NCBI GenBank assembly: GCA_043821445.1
Contig: JBDRCT010000029.1
Coordinates: 7,317 to 71,316, forward strand
Direction of reading: 5' to 3'
Source of the DNA: Candidatus Omnitrophota bacterium
Lineage (GTDB): Bacteria; Omnitrophota; Omnitrophia; Omnitrophales; Aquincolibacteriaceae
Length of the DNA: 64,000 bases
Both the position numbers and the translations under genes were made by a program. The notes under the pieces were generated by a model. That model saw nothing but the letters and a program-made list of their open reading frames with translations. It searched no databases and was not told where the DNA came from. How positions within the stretch are numbered: position 1 is the first letter of the stretch; each line of letters starts with the position of its first letter. Below, piece after piece: positions 28,875 to 40,803 of the stretch.

Positions 28875-29648
28875 ATGAAACAAAAAATGCTCATCGTCAA
28901 CGCGGATGACTGCAACTTAACCTCTCAGGTCACATCAGCCATTTTGAAAGCCCACGAGAACGGAATTGTGACCAGCACGACCTTTTTAATTAATCTTCCA
29001 GTGGGGCCGGGCGTAGTCCGAGAGCTTCTGGGCAGAAAAAAACTCGGGATCGGACTTCATATCAATGTGACCCTTGGAAAGCCTGTGGCCAAGCCGGAAC
29101 TCGTGAGATCTCTCCTTCAGAAGGACGGGCGCTTCAAGAAAAAGGAACAGTATTCTGAAAAGAGACTGCCGCCTGTTTCCGAGATCGCAGAAGAGTTTAA
29201 AGCACAGCTCCTGAAATTTGTAAAGGTCTTCAAGCGATTGCCAACTCATGTGGATGTTCATCATCATATGCACGATTTTCGGCCATTTCTGGAAGCGCTT
29301 GCGGCGATCGCCCGAAAACACAATCTTCCTGTCCGTTGGACGCGGCTTTTGACCGAACCGGAGGTCAGAAATGCCCACAAGGATCTCAAAACCACGGACC
29401 ATTTTTATGGGAATATAGACCCGCACACATTCTGGACGGAAGAAGTGCTGAGGCATTTACTTTTCACACTTCCGGAGGGGACAAGCGAGATCATGTGCCA
29501 TCCGGGATGGGTGGATGATGAACTTTGCTCCATCAGTTCGCTTACGATCCCGCGTGAGAGAGAGTATCAGCTTTTCAGTTTGAAGGAACTACGCAGGTAT
29601 GTCGACCATCTCGGGATCCGGTTGGCGCATTTTGGATGCTTGCGTTAG
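28875..29648 (+). CDS. ChbG/YdjC family carbohydrate deacetylase
   Basis: LIVNADD, GIVTSTT, GLHIN, PTHVDVHHH, EIMCHPG. Confidence 0.9.
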   Translation: MKQKMLIVNADDCNLTSQVTSAILKAHENGIVTSTTFLINLPVGPGVVRELLGRKKLGIGLHINVTLGKPVAKPELVRSLLQKDGRFKKKEQYSEKRLPPVSEIAEEFKAQLLKFVKVFKRLPTHVDVHHHMHDFRPFLEALAAIARKHNLPVRWTRLLTEPEVRNAHKDLKTTDHFYGNIDPHTFWTEEVLRHLLFTLPEGTSEIMCHPGWVDDELCSISSLTIPREREYQLFSLKELRRYVDHLGIRLAHFGCLR

Positions 29649-29701
29649 GGTCACAAAGAATAATGTGAGAGCGATTTAGGACGTCGCGGTATTTTTATTT
29701 A

Positions 29702-29763
29702 TGTCATTCCTTTGACAGCGGAAACCCAGAGTGGATCCCCGATGAAAGCATCCAAGGATGACA
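29702..29763. repeat. Degenerate REP-like palindromic element between convergent genes
   Basis: TGTCATTCC...GGAAACCCAG..TGGATCCCC...GGATGACA architecture with terminal TGTCAT/ATGACA inverted repeat. Confidence 0.5.
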
Positions 29764-29770
29764 AAAAGCG

Positions 29771-29962
29771 CTACTTTACGATGGTTCCATCAAGTGTTTC
29801 AAAGATGATCGTGACGAGGTTATGACATTTGGGGCATTTGATTTGCTTAAAAGCCTGGATATTATCATGTTTGGGGCGGTACATGATCGAGAGAATCTTA
29901 GTGACGAAGCTAGCTTCACTGCCGGACCATTGGCAAGCGGGACAGTTATAAGCTGATTTCAT
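29771..29962 (-). CDS. Small zinc-ribbon protein
   Basis: CPAC...CPKC pairs in 63 aa; GAGG RBS upstream. Confidence 0.6.
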   Translation of the reverse strand: MKSAYNCPACQWSGSEASFVTKILSIMYRPKHDNIQAFKQIKCPKCHNLVTIIFETLDGTIVK

Positions 29963-30083
29963 GGGCGCCTCTTGTTAACGTTTGCTGATCTTTGTTGCGC
30001 ATGGAAAGCATCGGCTAGCGTGCTTAAAAACTTTAAATATGTTTGGATTTCCGTGAAGATTCCAAAAGTGTCCGGAGGATGTT

Positions 30084-30425
30084 GTGAAAATCAGAATGAT
30101 CAGTCTCGTGTTTGTGCTGCTGTTTTGCCAGCCATTTTCTCCCGCTTATGCGGCCGAGGAGCCTGGATATTTCACCCAGTTGGGACGGGCTTTCACACGA
30201 GGGCTCAAGAACATAGTGAGTTTTCCGTGGGAGATCCCTTTGACCATCAGCCGCTATGATCAGAAAACTAACGGTAACCCCCGTGTTTTCCGGAATGCGG
30301 AGGGTTTTGTGGATGGAACGTTCCGTGCCGTGACAAGATTTGGCTGCGGTGCTTGGGATGTTCTCTTTTCTGTGGTACCCGGGCAGCAAAATGAATTACC
30401 TCTCAAGCCCGAGACTCTTTTTTGA
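30084..30425 (+). CDS. Secreted TIGR04073-like protein (second paralog)
   Basis: Signal peptide, FTRGLKNIVSFPWEIP...R.GCGAWDV; GGAGG RBS. Confidence 0.65.
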   Translation: MKIRMISLVFVLLFCQPFSPAYAAEEPGYFTQLGRAFTRGLKNIVSFPWEIPLTISRYDQKTNGNPRVFRNAEGFVDGTFRAVTRFGCGAWDVLFSVVPGQQNELPLKPETLF

Positions 30426-30442
30426 GCTTCGGAACCCTTTTC

Positions 30443-30471
30443 TTGTAAATCCGCAGTATCTTAAGTAGAAT
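30443..30471 (+). promoter_or_regulatory. Promoter of the tRNA cluster
   Basis: TTGTAA-17 nt-TAGAAT followed by a GC-rich discriminator. Confidence 0.6.
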
Positions 30472-30543
30472 ACCGCCTCTTGCGTTTTCGGAACCTGAGA
30501 GCAGATAGGACAATCGGAAAGAAATCTTTGTTCCTTGTATCAT

Positions 30544-30616
30544 GGGCCGGTAGTTTCCATCTCGCTTATAGCGAGGACGGATCCGTCCTTCGGCAACGCC
30601 GGAGGCGGACAGTTGG
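30544..30616 (+). pseudogene. 5' fragment of tRNA-Ala interrupted by two palindromic inserts
   Basis: GGGCCGGTAGTT + 54-bp double hairpin + CAGTTGG equals nt 1-19 of the intact tRNA-Ala just downstream. Confidence 0.65.
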
Positions 30617-30651
30617 GTTGGATAATAGCTAAGCTCATAGGTGCTTATCGT

Positions 30652-30727
<76 letters not shown>

Positions 30728-30819
30728 TTCTTTCAGCCATGAGTCTTGACTGCAGGGGTGGGGTATGGGTCCGATATCGCCAGCGGCTCAAGGCATGGAA
30801 TTCATGGTTCTGTGCTGAA

Positions 30820-30862
30820 TTTTGCGGGGATGGCGGAACTGGCAGACGCACTGGACTCAAAA
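30820..30862 (+). repeat. att-left: duplicated 5' half of tRNA-Leu(CAA)
   Basis: 43-bp exact direct repeat of 40800..40842 ending in the anticodon loop CTCAAAA. Confidence 0.93.
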
Positions 30863-30990
30863 AGCGTCTGCCTTTTTTTTGCGAACCTCTTGTGTTTCCT
30901 TCATTTACATCATTTCTTCTCTACAAAATATCTTTTTTGATTTGTTCTGTGCTGACCTCTCTTGACCTCACATAAGGCTTATTCAGCGCT

Positions 30991-31016
30991 AAAATAGACA
31001 CAAAATGGTCACAAGG
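30991..31016 (+). repeat. Putative integrase arm-type site, left copy
   Basis: AAAATAGACACAAAATGGTCACAAGG, identical to 40704..40729. Confidence 0.75.
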
Positions 31017-31585
31017 GGTTCATGTTGGATTTCGGTTATAAAGCCAACGGGCGAAGCAAACGCAGAAGCGGGTACTTAAATTCAAGGATTTCCATCTTTT
31101 ACCAGTTTTATGCGGGTGCATTGTTTTTGATAAAATGAGCTGCACTCCGGACATTTTTCGGACGCCAGCTTTTTATTTTTTATCCTTCAAAAACTAAACT
31201 CCCACCCTCGTTTCATTCTTATCATTTTTAGTATCATTCTGATTAGCCCCACCATGAAAGGTCATAAACCGCGAGCTTCAATATCGAGTAAAAACCACCT
31301 ATTTAAATATCGGTTTCTTGTAAATCGCGACGTTTGCCCAGGGGAATACGCTCGATAGCGTGTTACCTTCTTGGAGCAACAGTGGACAAAAAATAAGAAG
31401 ATTTCAAAAAAGGTCTGTGGAGTTCTTTCAAGAGAAACAGCGGTGATGGCGATTTTTTCTTCAATCTTGGGAAACGGAGCGGGATTCAAGGTTTTTGGCG
31501 TATAATATAGTTCGTGAGAGGGGTCATTGTTCTGAAGACTTTGTCTTCCGAAGGTCCCATTAAACCAAAAGAATAGGAGCGCGCG

Positions 31586-34500
31586 TTGAGTCTAAAGTTT
31601 TTTAAGGACTTCATTCTGGCTGTCAAAATGCGTCTCGGTGCTTTTTGGGCCCGGAAGAAGATCGCCGAGGAACAGCCTCTTCGTGCCGAGCTTTTCAGTA
31701 TTGATCAGTTTAAGGCGCATGCGAAAGGCCTGGCCCAAAGACATCGTGTCAGTTACAAAAAGGGGCAGAACCGGCTCTTGCTTCGGTTGAGAAAAAATGA
31801 ACAGGTGCTTTCGGAGATCCACGAATTACTTAACGAGACGGGAAAACCCAAACGAAGGATCGCGCCGGCCGGAGAATGGCTTCTCGATAATTATTATCTC
31901 ATTGAAGAACAAATAAGGCTCGCCCAGAAATACCTCCCGGGAAAGTACATCCGCGAACTTCCCCATCTTCTTCGAGGACCGCTTGCCGGTTATCCGCGTG
32001 TTTATGAGCTTGCCATGGAGCTTGTCTCCCACGGCGACGGACGGCTGGATAGCCAGGGGCTTGCGGAGTTTGTCACGGCATATCAAACCGTCAGCCACTT
32101 GAAACTCGGCGAACTGTGGGCCATCCCCATTATGTTAAGGCTGGCGCTTATCGAAAACTTGAGGCGCGTATCCTCCCGGTTGATTGTGGCACAAATGGAA
32201 AGAGATAAAGCGGATCATTGGGCGACGCGGATCCTGGGAGTTTCGGCCAAAGATACCGATGGGGTGATCTTTGAAATCGCAGCGATGGCCAAAGGGAACC
32301 TGCCGCTTTCCGACGCTTTTGTCGCGGAATTCACACGGCGTTTGCATGGTCAAAGCCAAGCGCTCACTCTTCCTTTTGCTTGGTTGGAAAAGAAACTTGC
32401 GGAGCAAGGAGAGACCCTCGACAGAATCATCCGGGCAACCAGCCAAAAACAGGCGGCCGATCAGGTCTCGATCGCGAACACGATTGGGAGTCTGCGTCTT
32501 CTGGAAGTTACCAATTGGCATGATTTTGTCGAAGCCTTGAGCGTTGTCGAAAAGGTTTTGAGCCAGGATCCATCGGGAGATTACAGCCGGATGTCTTTCG
32601 AGACCCGCGATCGCTATCGGCATGTCGTGGAGAAGCTTTCTTTGAGAAGCAAGACCGGCGAAGAGAAGATCGCGGCGCGCGCGATCCAGATCGCAAAGAG
32701 GGCCGAAGGGGAGAAAGGTCCTGGCCACGTCACGACGCATGTAGGTTTTTATCTTCTCGATAAAGGATTGGAGCTTTTTTGTGGCGAACTGGGCTTTCGC
32801 TTACCTCTCCGGCAGTATCTTCAGGCGAAAAAAAATTTTTGGCCGGCTGTCCTGTATTTTTCTTCCATTACTGTGATGACCCTTACCTTGACCGCAGGTA
32901 TTTTGTTTTGGATGAAGCCAGGGGGGAGCTCGAATTGGCCGTGGTTTCTTTTATTCGGGATGCTCCTTCTGTTCGCGATAAGCCAGACGGCGGTGTCACT
33001 TGTCAACTGGTTTTCCGCGATGCTCGTGAGCCCCCAAGACCTTCCCCGGATGGATTTTTCAGAAGGAATTCCCGCTTACGCCCATACGCTGGTCGTGATC
33101 CCTTGCATGCTCAGTAACGCGCGCATGGTTACCGCACTTTTCGAAGGGCTAGAGGTCCACTATCTTGCGAATATCGACGCGAATACGGATTTTGCCCTCT
33201 TAACGGATTTTTGCGATGCCCCGCAGGAGACGATGCCTGAGGATGCGGCCTTGTTGGAGCAAGTTACGGACGGGATTGAGCAGCTGAATCACAAATATCG
33301 ACGGCGGAAAGATCACGTTTTCTATCTTCTTCACAGGCCGCGCCGGTGGAATGAAAAAGAAAAGGTGTGGATGGGGTATGAACGCAAGCGGGGCAAACTG
33401 GCGGATCTTAATGCGTTCCTTCGCGGAAAAGGGGAAGGCCGGTTTAGCGTGATTCTCGGGGACCCGCAGAGGCTTCAGACCGTGAAATATGTCATCACGC
33501 TGGATACGGACACCCGGATGCCACGGAACGCGGCGCGGGAGCTTGTCGGGGTCATCGCGCATCCGTTGAACAAGGCGGTCTATGATGAAAAAAAACAGCG
33601 GGTCATCTCCGGATACGGGATCCTCCAGCCCCGGGTCGAATCCAGTTATCCTGGAGAAAATCCTTCTTTGTTCGTGAGAGTCTTTGGAGGCGATTCCGGG
33701 ATCGATCCTTACACCAAAGCGGTGTCCGATATTTACCAGGATCTTTTCTTCGAAGGGTCTTTTATCGGTAAAGGGCTTTATGACGTCGATGCGTTCGAAA
33801 GATCCATGGAAGGCCGTTTCCCGGAAAATCTTATCTTAAGTCATGATCTTTGGAGGGCTGTTACGCCCGCTCAGGGCTTGTGACGAATGTTCAATTCTAC
33901 GAGGAATATCCCTCGGGTTATCTTAAAGACTCAAACAGGAGATACCGTTGGATCCGCGGGGATTGGCAAATCGTTCCCTGGTTGTTCGCTTCGGTCCGCG
34001 GGTCCAGCGGCGCAAAGGCCCGAAATCCGGTTTCTTTTCTGTCTCAATGGAAGATCGTGGATAACTTAAGACGGAGTCTTGTTCCTTTTGCGACGGTTTT
34101 GCTGCTTGTGTCAGGCTGGATGTTTTTTCAGCCATCCTGGATGTGGTCGGTCTTTGTGATCGTTCTTCTTGGTTTTCCCCTCGTGCCGATATCTCTGACG
34201 GAGGCGGTGAGGAAACCCGGGGATCTGACCTTCAAGACCCATTTTGGGCTGGTGTTGTCTTCATTCAAGAAGAACGTGGTCCGGTTCTTCTTCTCGATCG
34301 CTTTTTTGCTGCACGAGGCGTTCTATTCTTTGGATGCGATCGTGCGAACTTTGTGGAGAATGTTCGTGTCGCGGAGGCATTTGCTGGAATGGCGGCCCTC
34401 CCGGGATTCGGAAGTGTCTCTGCGAAAAAATATTTTAGATTGCTACAGGAACATATTCCTGGAACCCATTGCCGCGGGGCTATTGCTGGTTTGCCCTTCG

Positions 34501-37500
34501 GGTGTGTTCCCGACTTTCGACGGGTTGGCGCTGATCCTTTTAAGCCTGTGGTTCCTTTCTCCTCTTGTGGCGTATGGGATCAGCCGACCCTCTTCTCCCC
34601 GCAAGATCCTGCTGTCCAAAACGCAGGTCCTGTTTCTCAGAAATCTTGCCAGGAGAACTTGGGCGTTCTTCGAGAACTTTGTGACCGAGAAGGAACATTG
34701 GCTACCTCCGGACAACTTCCAGGAAGAGCCCGTGAGGGTCGTAGCCCACAGGACCTCTCCGACGAATATCGGCCTGTTGCTGCTGGCGAATTTGACGGCC
34801 TATGATTTTGGTTATGTTTCGATGGGAATGATGTTCCACAGGACCGAAAAAACATTCGATACCCTAAACTTAATGGAAAAATTCAGGGGGCATTTTTATA
34901 ATTGGTACGATACGGAATCGCTCAGGCCGCTCCTGCCTCTTTATGTCTCTTCAGTCGACAGCGGGAACCTGGCCGGTCATCTCATGGTGCTTCGCTCGGG
35001 GCTCGCGGAAATGAACGCGCAAAAGGTCGTCTCTCCTAAAGCATTTAACGGCCTTACGGACACGTTGAATATCCTGCATCAAAGTATCACGGAGCTTGAG
35101 AAAAGCCAAAAAAACGCCGTCTCCGAACCTCTTCGGGGAGTTTTCGAAAGGATCAAGCAATTCCAGGAAAAGACCAAGACTTCACCCGCATGCCTTTCGG
35201 AGATCCATACGCTTTTACGCCAACTTTCAACAGATATTTCAAAGGTCCTTTCGGTCCTGGACCAGAAATATTATGAAAAAGTCAAAAAATGGGCCCGTGC
35301 CTTCGAGAGGCAATGTTACGATTTTCTGGAAGATATGTCTTTTATCGCTCCCTGGATCCTGCTTGCCCCGGAAACGCCCGGGATGTGGGACGGAGGAGAT
35401 GAGGCGCAAAATAAGCGGCTGGCCCGGCTCCGTGAGGCCTTGCAGTATTTGGATGAGATCCCTACTCTCGGGGAAGTGGCAAGGCTTGAGCAAAAACTGG
35501 TTCCGCTTATCGAGGAGATCGCTCGGGCCCTGGTCCTTACGGACGAGGAGTCCCGTAGGACCTACGACTGGTTCATGAAACTCCGTGACGCGATCAAGGA
35601 AGCCGGGACACGGTCCGCAGAGCGGATCAAGGCGATCGACTATATCGTTTTGCGATGTAATGAAGTCTCCGGCATCGAATATGAGTTCTTGTACGACAAG
35701 GACTCTCACCTCCTTTCCATCGGATACAATGTCAGTGAGCACAAGGTGGATCGCGGTTGTTATGACCTTTTGGCGTCCGAGGCCAGGCTCTGCAGTTTTG
35801 TCGCGATCGCCCAAGGAAGAATGCCTCAGGATCATTGGTTCAAGCTTGGCCGGATGATCTCAAAGTCCGAAGGAGATCATGTCCTGGTCTCCTGGGGCGG
35901 ATCGATGTTTGAATATCTCATGCCTCTCTTGGTGATGCCGACCTATGAAGGGAGTCTGCTGGACCGGACCTACAAGGCCGTGGTCAGCGGTCAGATCCGG
36001 TATGCGGCCAAGAACAATATTCCCTGGGGGATATCAGAGTCCGGCTACAATAAGATCGACGCGAACAGGGTCTACCAGTATCATTCGTTCGGAGTTCCGG
36101 ACATGGGGTTCAAGCGCGGCCTCGCGGAGGATCTGGTCGTGGCTCCGTATGCCTCGATGCTAGCCCTGATGGTAGAACCGGAAAAGGCCTGCGAGAATCT
36201 CGGGCGCTTATCCGCGGAAGGAGCCGGAGGAATCTATGGTTTCTACGAAGCAGTGGATTACACGCCGGCGCGTCTTACCCCGGATGAAACCCGGGCGGTC
36301 GTGAAATCCTACATGGCCCATCATCAAGGTATGAGTTTGTTGTCCCTGGCTTATGTGTTACTGGATCGTCCGATGCAAAGACGCTTTCTCGCGGAACCGA
36401 TGTTCAAATCAACGGAACTTCTTCTCCAGGAACGGGTCCCCACCGCCGAATCTTTTCTCTACGATTTTGAAGTGACTGGTATGCTCCGGAAATTTGGAGA
36501 ACGGGAAACGCTTTTGCGGGTGTTCACGACCCCTCACACACCGGTGCCTGAAGTCCATCCTCTCTCGAATGGCCGGTATCATGTGATGGTCACCAATGCC
36601 GGAGGAGGCTACAGCCGTTGGAAAAATCTTGCAGTGACGCGATGGGTCGAGGACTCGGCGCTCGACAACGACGGAACCTTCATCTACATCCGGGATGTGG
36701 AGTCCGGCCAGTTCTGGTCCTCGGCGTATCAGCCGACGCAAAAAAAACCAAGAAACTATGAGGCCTTGTTTTCCCAGGCTTGGGTGGAATTCAAACGGAG
36801 GGACCACCAGATCGATACGCATACCGAGATCGCGGTCTCTCCGGAAGATGACATTGAACTGCGTCGCGTGACGATCACCAATCGGTCTCGGAACAGACGT
36901 ATCATCGAAGTGACTAGCTATGCGGAAGTCGTCTTGAACGATCCCGCAAGTGATCAGGCCCATCGGGCGTTCAGCAACCTGTTCGTTCAGACCGAAATTA
37001 TCCGGTCTCACCAAGCGATCCTTTGCCGGCGGCGGCCGCGGTTCGACAAGGAAATATTCCCTTGGATGTTGCATCTGATGGCGGTCCATGGGGATGCGGT
37101 CGTTGGTGCCTCTTACGAGACGGATCGGAACAAATTTATCGGACGAGGCCATACCGTGGCTGATCCCGCAGCGATGGAGGGGCGCGGCCATCTCTCAGAT
37201 AGTGAAGGTTCTGTGCTCGACCCGATCGTTTCGATACGGAGCCGGATCGAGCTGGCGCCCGACGAATCAGCCGTGATCGATTATGTGATGGGAATGTGTG
37301 AGAATCGCGAAGCTGCTCAGGCCTTGATGGAAAAATATAGGGACCGGAATCTGGCCGACCGTGTTTTTAACCTGGCCTGGACCCACGGGCAGGTTGCTTT
37401 GCAGCAGATTAATGCTACGGAGGCTGCCGCCCAGTTGTACGGCCGTCTGGTCAGTGCCATTCTGTATGCCAATCCCGCGTGGAGAGCGAGCGCGAGTATC

Positions 37501-40374
37501 TTGCGGCGAAATAACCGGGGGCAGCCGGATCTTTGGGGATACGGTATTTCGGGTGATCTTCCGATCGTGCTTGTATGCATCGAAAATCAGGACAATATCG
37601 ATCTTATCGTGCAGATGATCCAGGCTCATGCCTATTGGCGCATGAAGGGGCTGGCGGTCGATCTGGTCATATGGAACGAAGATACTTCCGTTTACCGCGA
37701 TAGTCTTGGGGAACGGATCAGCGGGTTGATCGCTGCGAATGCCGAGGAAAGAGCGGGCCAGAGAGGCGGTATTTTCTTAAGGCGCGTCGATCAGATGTCA
37801 GATGAGGACCGGATCCTTATGCAAACGGTTGCGCGGATCATTATTTCGGATCGCGGAGGTACGCTAGCTGAGCAGCTGGAGGATATGACGCAGCCCAAAG
37901 CGAACTTGCTCCCTTTTGTTCCGACCCGGAAAGAGGATCAAGAGGAAGAGGATCGAGGCCCCGCGGAGCGCTCCGATCTGGCTTATTTTAACGGCGTAGG
38001 AGGATTTACCTTGGACGGGCGGGAATACGTGATCACGACCTCACGATCGAGGCCTACTCCCGCTCCGTGGGTCAATGTGCTGGCGAACCGGCATTTCGGT
38101 ACGGTGGTTTCGGAAAGTGGAAGTGCTTACACCTGGAGCGAGAATGCACATGAATTTCGTCTTACACCTTGGAAGAATGATCCCGTTTCGGATGCTTCCG
38201 GAGAGGCGCTTTACATCCGCGATGACGAAAGCGGGAGATTTTGGTCTCCAACCCCGTTTCCCGCGATGGGGAAGACCCGTTACACTTCGCGCCATGGATT
38301 CGGCTATAGCATTTTTGAACACACTGAAAACGGGATCGTTTCGGAATTAACGGTGTTCGTTTCCCTGGAGGAGCGCGTTAAATTCTCAAGTTTGAAGATC
38401 AAGAATATTTCCGGGCGCCGGCGGCGTCTTTCCGTGACGGCGTATTATGAGCTGGTCATGGGAACCATCCGGGATAAATATCACACGCATATCGTGACCG
38501 AGATCGATCCTAAAAGCGGTGCTCTGCTTGCGCGGAATCCCTATAACAAAGCATTTCCGGACCGGGCTGTTTTTTTAGATGTCAGTGAACCGGTGCGTTT
38601 CGTCACCGGGGACCGGATCGAATTTATCGGAAGGAACGGGATGATGCAAGCGCCTTCCGTGATGCGAAGGGACAGGCTTTCCGGCAAAGTGGGCGCGAGG
38701 ATCGACCCTTGTGTTGCCACGCAGGTTAAATTCGATCTTGAGGGAGACCAGGAAAAAGAGATCCTTTTCACTTTCGGCTCCGGGAAAACGGTAGATGAAG
38801 CGCGGGACCTCGTCCGGCGTTTTAGCGGCAGTGAGGCAGCGCGTCAGGAACTTGAAAGAGTGTGGGAATACTGGAAACGGACTCTAGGGGTCGTGTATGT
38901 GGAAACGCCCGATGTCTCGATCGATTTTCTCGTGAACGGATGGTTGCAATATCAAATCATCAGCTGCCGTCTCATGGGGCGAAGCGGTTTTTATCAATCC
39001 GGCGGGGCCTTCGGCTTCCGGGACCAGCTTCAGGACGTGATGGCGCTCGTCCATTCGAAACCGGAAATGGTCCGGGAGCAATTGCTCTTCTTTGCTGCGC
39101 ACCAGTTTGTGGAAGGAGATGTGCAGCACTGGTGGCATCCGCCCTCCGGCCGCGGGGTTCGGAGCCAGTGTTCGGATGATTATCTGTGGCTTCCGTTCGT
39201 GACGTGTCTCTATGTCGAAAAGATCGGGGACACAGGGATCCTTGATGAAACGATCGGGTTCCTGGAAGGGCCGCCGGTCAAGCCGGAAGAAGAATCTTAC
39301 TACGATATGCCGAGAGCCTCCGCCTTGGCTGGGACCCTTTACGAACATTGTGTTTTGAGTGTTAAAAGAGGGTTGAAGTTCGGCGCTCACGGCCTTCCTC
39401 TCATGGGAAGCGGGGACTGGAATGACGGGATGAATCTGGTCGGGCGCGAAGGAAAAGGCGAAAGCGTCTGGCTCGCTTTTTTTCTTTTCGATGTTCTTAA
39501 ATCGATGGCGGTTCTGGCAGCCCAGCGCGGGGATACGGCCTTTTCGGAGTTCTGTGTTGCAGAGTCCGGAAAGCTTGCTAGGAATATTGAAGAGCATGCG
39601 TGGGACGGCGAGTGGTATCGCCGGGCTTATTTCGACAATGGAGATCTTCTGGGTTCTTCCCAGAATAGCGAATGCCGGATCGATTCGATCTCACAGTCCT
39701 GGGCGGTCCTTTCAGGCGCGGCCGAGCGGGACAGGGCCCGAAGGGCCATGGATCAGGTGGACCGGCAGTTGGTCGACAGGAAACACGCGCTCGTCAAATT
39801 ATTCGACCCGCCTTTTAATAAAGCTTTTCCCAACCCGGGATACATCAAAGGCTATGTCCCCGGCGTGCGGGAGAACGGCGGACAGTACACGCACGCTGCC
39901 GTCTGGGTGGCGATCGCGTTCGCGGTCTTAGGGGATAAAAAACGGGCTTGGGAGTTACTTAATATGATCAACCCGGTGCATCATTCCGATACTGCCGATA
40001 AGTGCGCCGTTTACAAAGCGGAACCGTTCGTGATGGCCGGAGATGTCTATGCCGCTCCGGGTTTTTCCGGACGCGGGGGATGGACTTGGTACACAGGATC
40101 CGCGTCCTGGATGTATCAACTTATCGTGAAGTATTTGATGGGGCTCCGGCTGAAAGTGGACAGGCTTTATTTCGAGCCGTGTCTTCCCGCGGATTGGTCT
40201 TCTTGGAAGTTGCATTACCGATATCGGGAGACCTTCTATCACATCACATTTCTTCGGGCGGGATCTTTGGACCACGTGATTTCCGTGACCGTGGACGGCG
40301 TCGAGCAGGAAGAGAGAACCCTCCTGCTTGTTGATGACCGGATTGAGCACTCAGCCGAGGTGAAAATCGGATAA
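31586..40374 (+). pseudogene. ndvB: Cyclic beta-1,2-glucan synthase (Cgs/NdvB-like, GT84 plus GH94 phosphorylase domains), split by one frameshift near 33850
   Basis: WLLDNYY, GELWAIPIMLR, MGYERKRGK, YVITLDTD, SHDL/EG, RWIRGDWQ, YDLLASEAR, YQSGGAFGFRDQLQD, GDWNDG, ENGGQYTH, WTWYTGSA; ORFs 31586..33883 and 33850..40374 join with one extra T. Confidence 0.88.
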
Positions 40375-40422
40375 TCTTGGGCCGAGTCTTCACCTAAGCC
40401 CTCTTTAAATCTGATTCTGTTA

Positions 40423-40790
40423 TTGAAAAAAGGGCCGGATTCACCTAATATCTTCACCTCGTCTCATCGGGAAGCGTTTGATGCTGTGTTAACGCGGGCG
40501 GAGATTAAGGATGCCTCGTTACATTCATTGTGCCACACCTTCGCTTCTCATTTGGTAATGAGAGGCGTTGACCTTGTGACCGTTTCGAAACTGCTGGGGC
40601 ATGTGTCGATCCAAATGACCATGTGCTCTACAGCCATTTAGGTCCCGAGCATCAGGCGAGAGCTGTAGATGTTTTGGATGGTTTTTGGGGGCCTACGAGT
40701 CAAAAAATAGACACAAAATGGTCACAAGGCCGGATTTTTACGGATGTAGTCGTTGCATTTGAATGCTATTTAAGTCGTTATAGTTGAAGT
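40423..40790 (+). pseudogene. Tyrosine integrase C-terminal relic
   Basis: HSLCHTFASHLVMRGVDL.TVSKLLGH.SIQMT (HxxR Arg replaced by Cys), frameshift, then YSHLGPEHQARAVDVLD. Confidence 0.85.
40704..40729 (+). repeat. Putative integrase arm-type site, right copy
   Basis: Identical to 30991..31016. Confidence 0.75.
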
Positions 40791-40803
40791 AGTTATAGCT
40801 TTT

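Noticed and set aside
30768-30800. Possible decayed tRNA-Cys 5' fragment (CGATATCGCCAGCGGCTCAAGGCATGG) between tRNA-Ala and the tRNA-Leu fragment
   Set aside because: Only a GCC/GGC D-stem resemblance; no anticodon arm, T arm or 3' end.
31022-31138. Short ORF with YKANGRSKRRS resembling an integrase arm-binding N-terminus
   Set aside because: 38 codons and too little similarity to support by eye.
33840-33883. Programmed ribosomal frameshift in the glucan synthase
   Set aside because: No X XXY YYZ slippery heptamer or clear stimulator, and the break falls in a conserved catalytic motif; a mutation or sequencing error is simpler.
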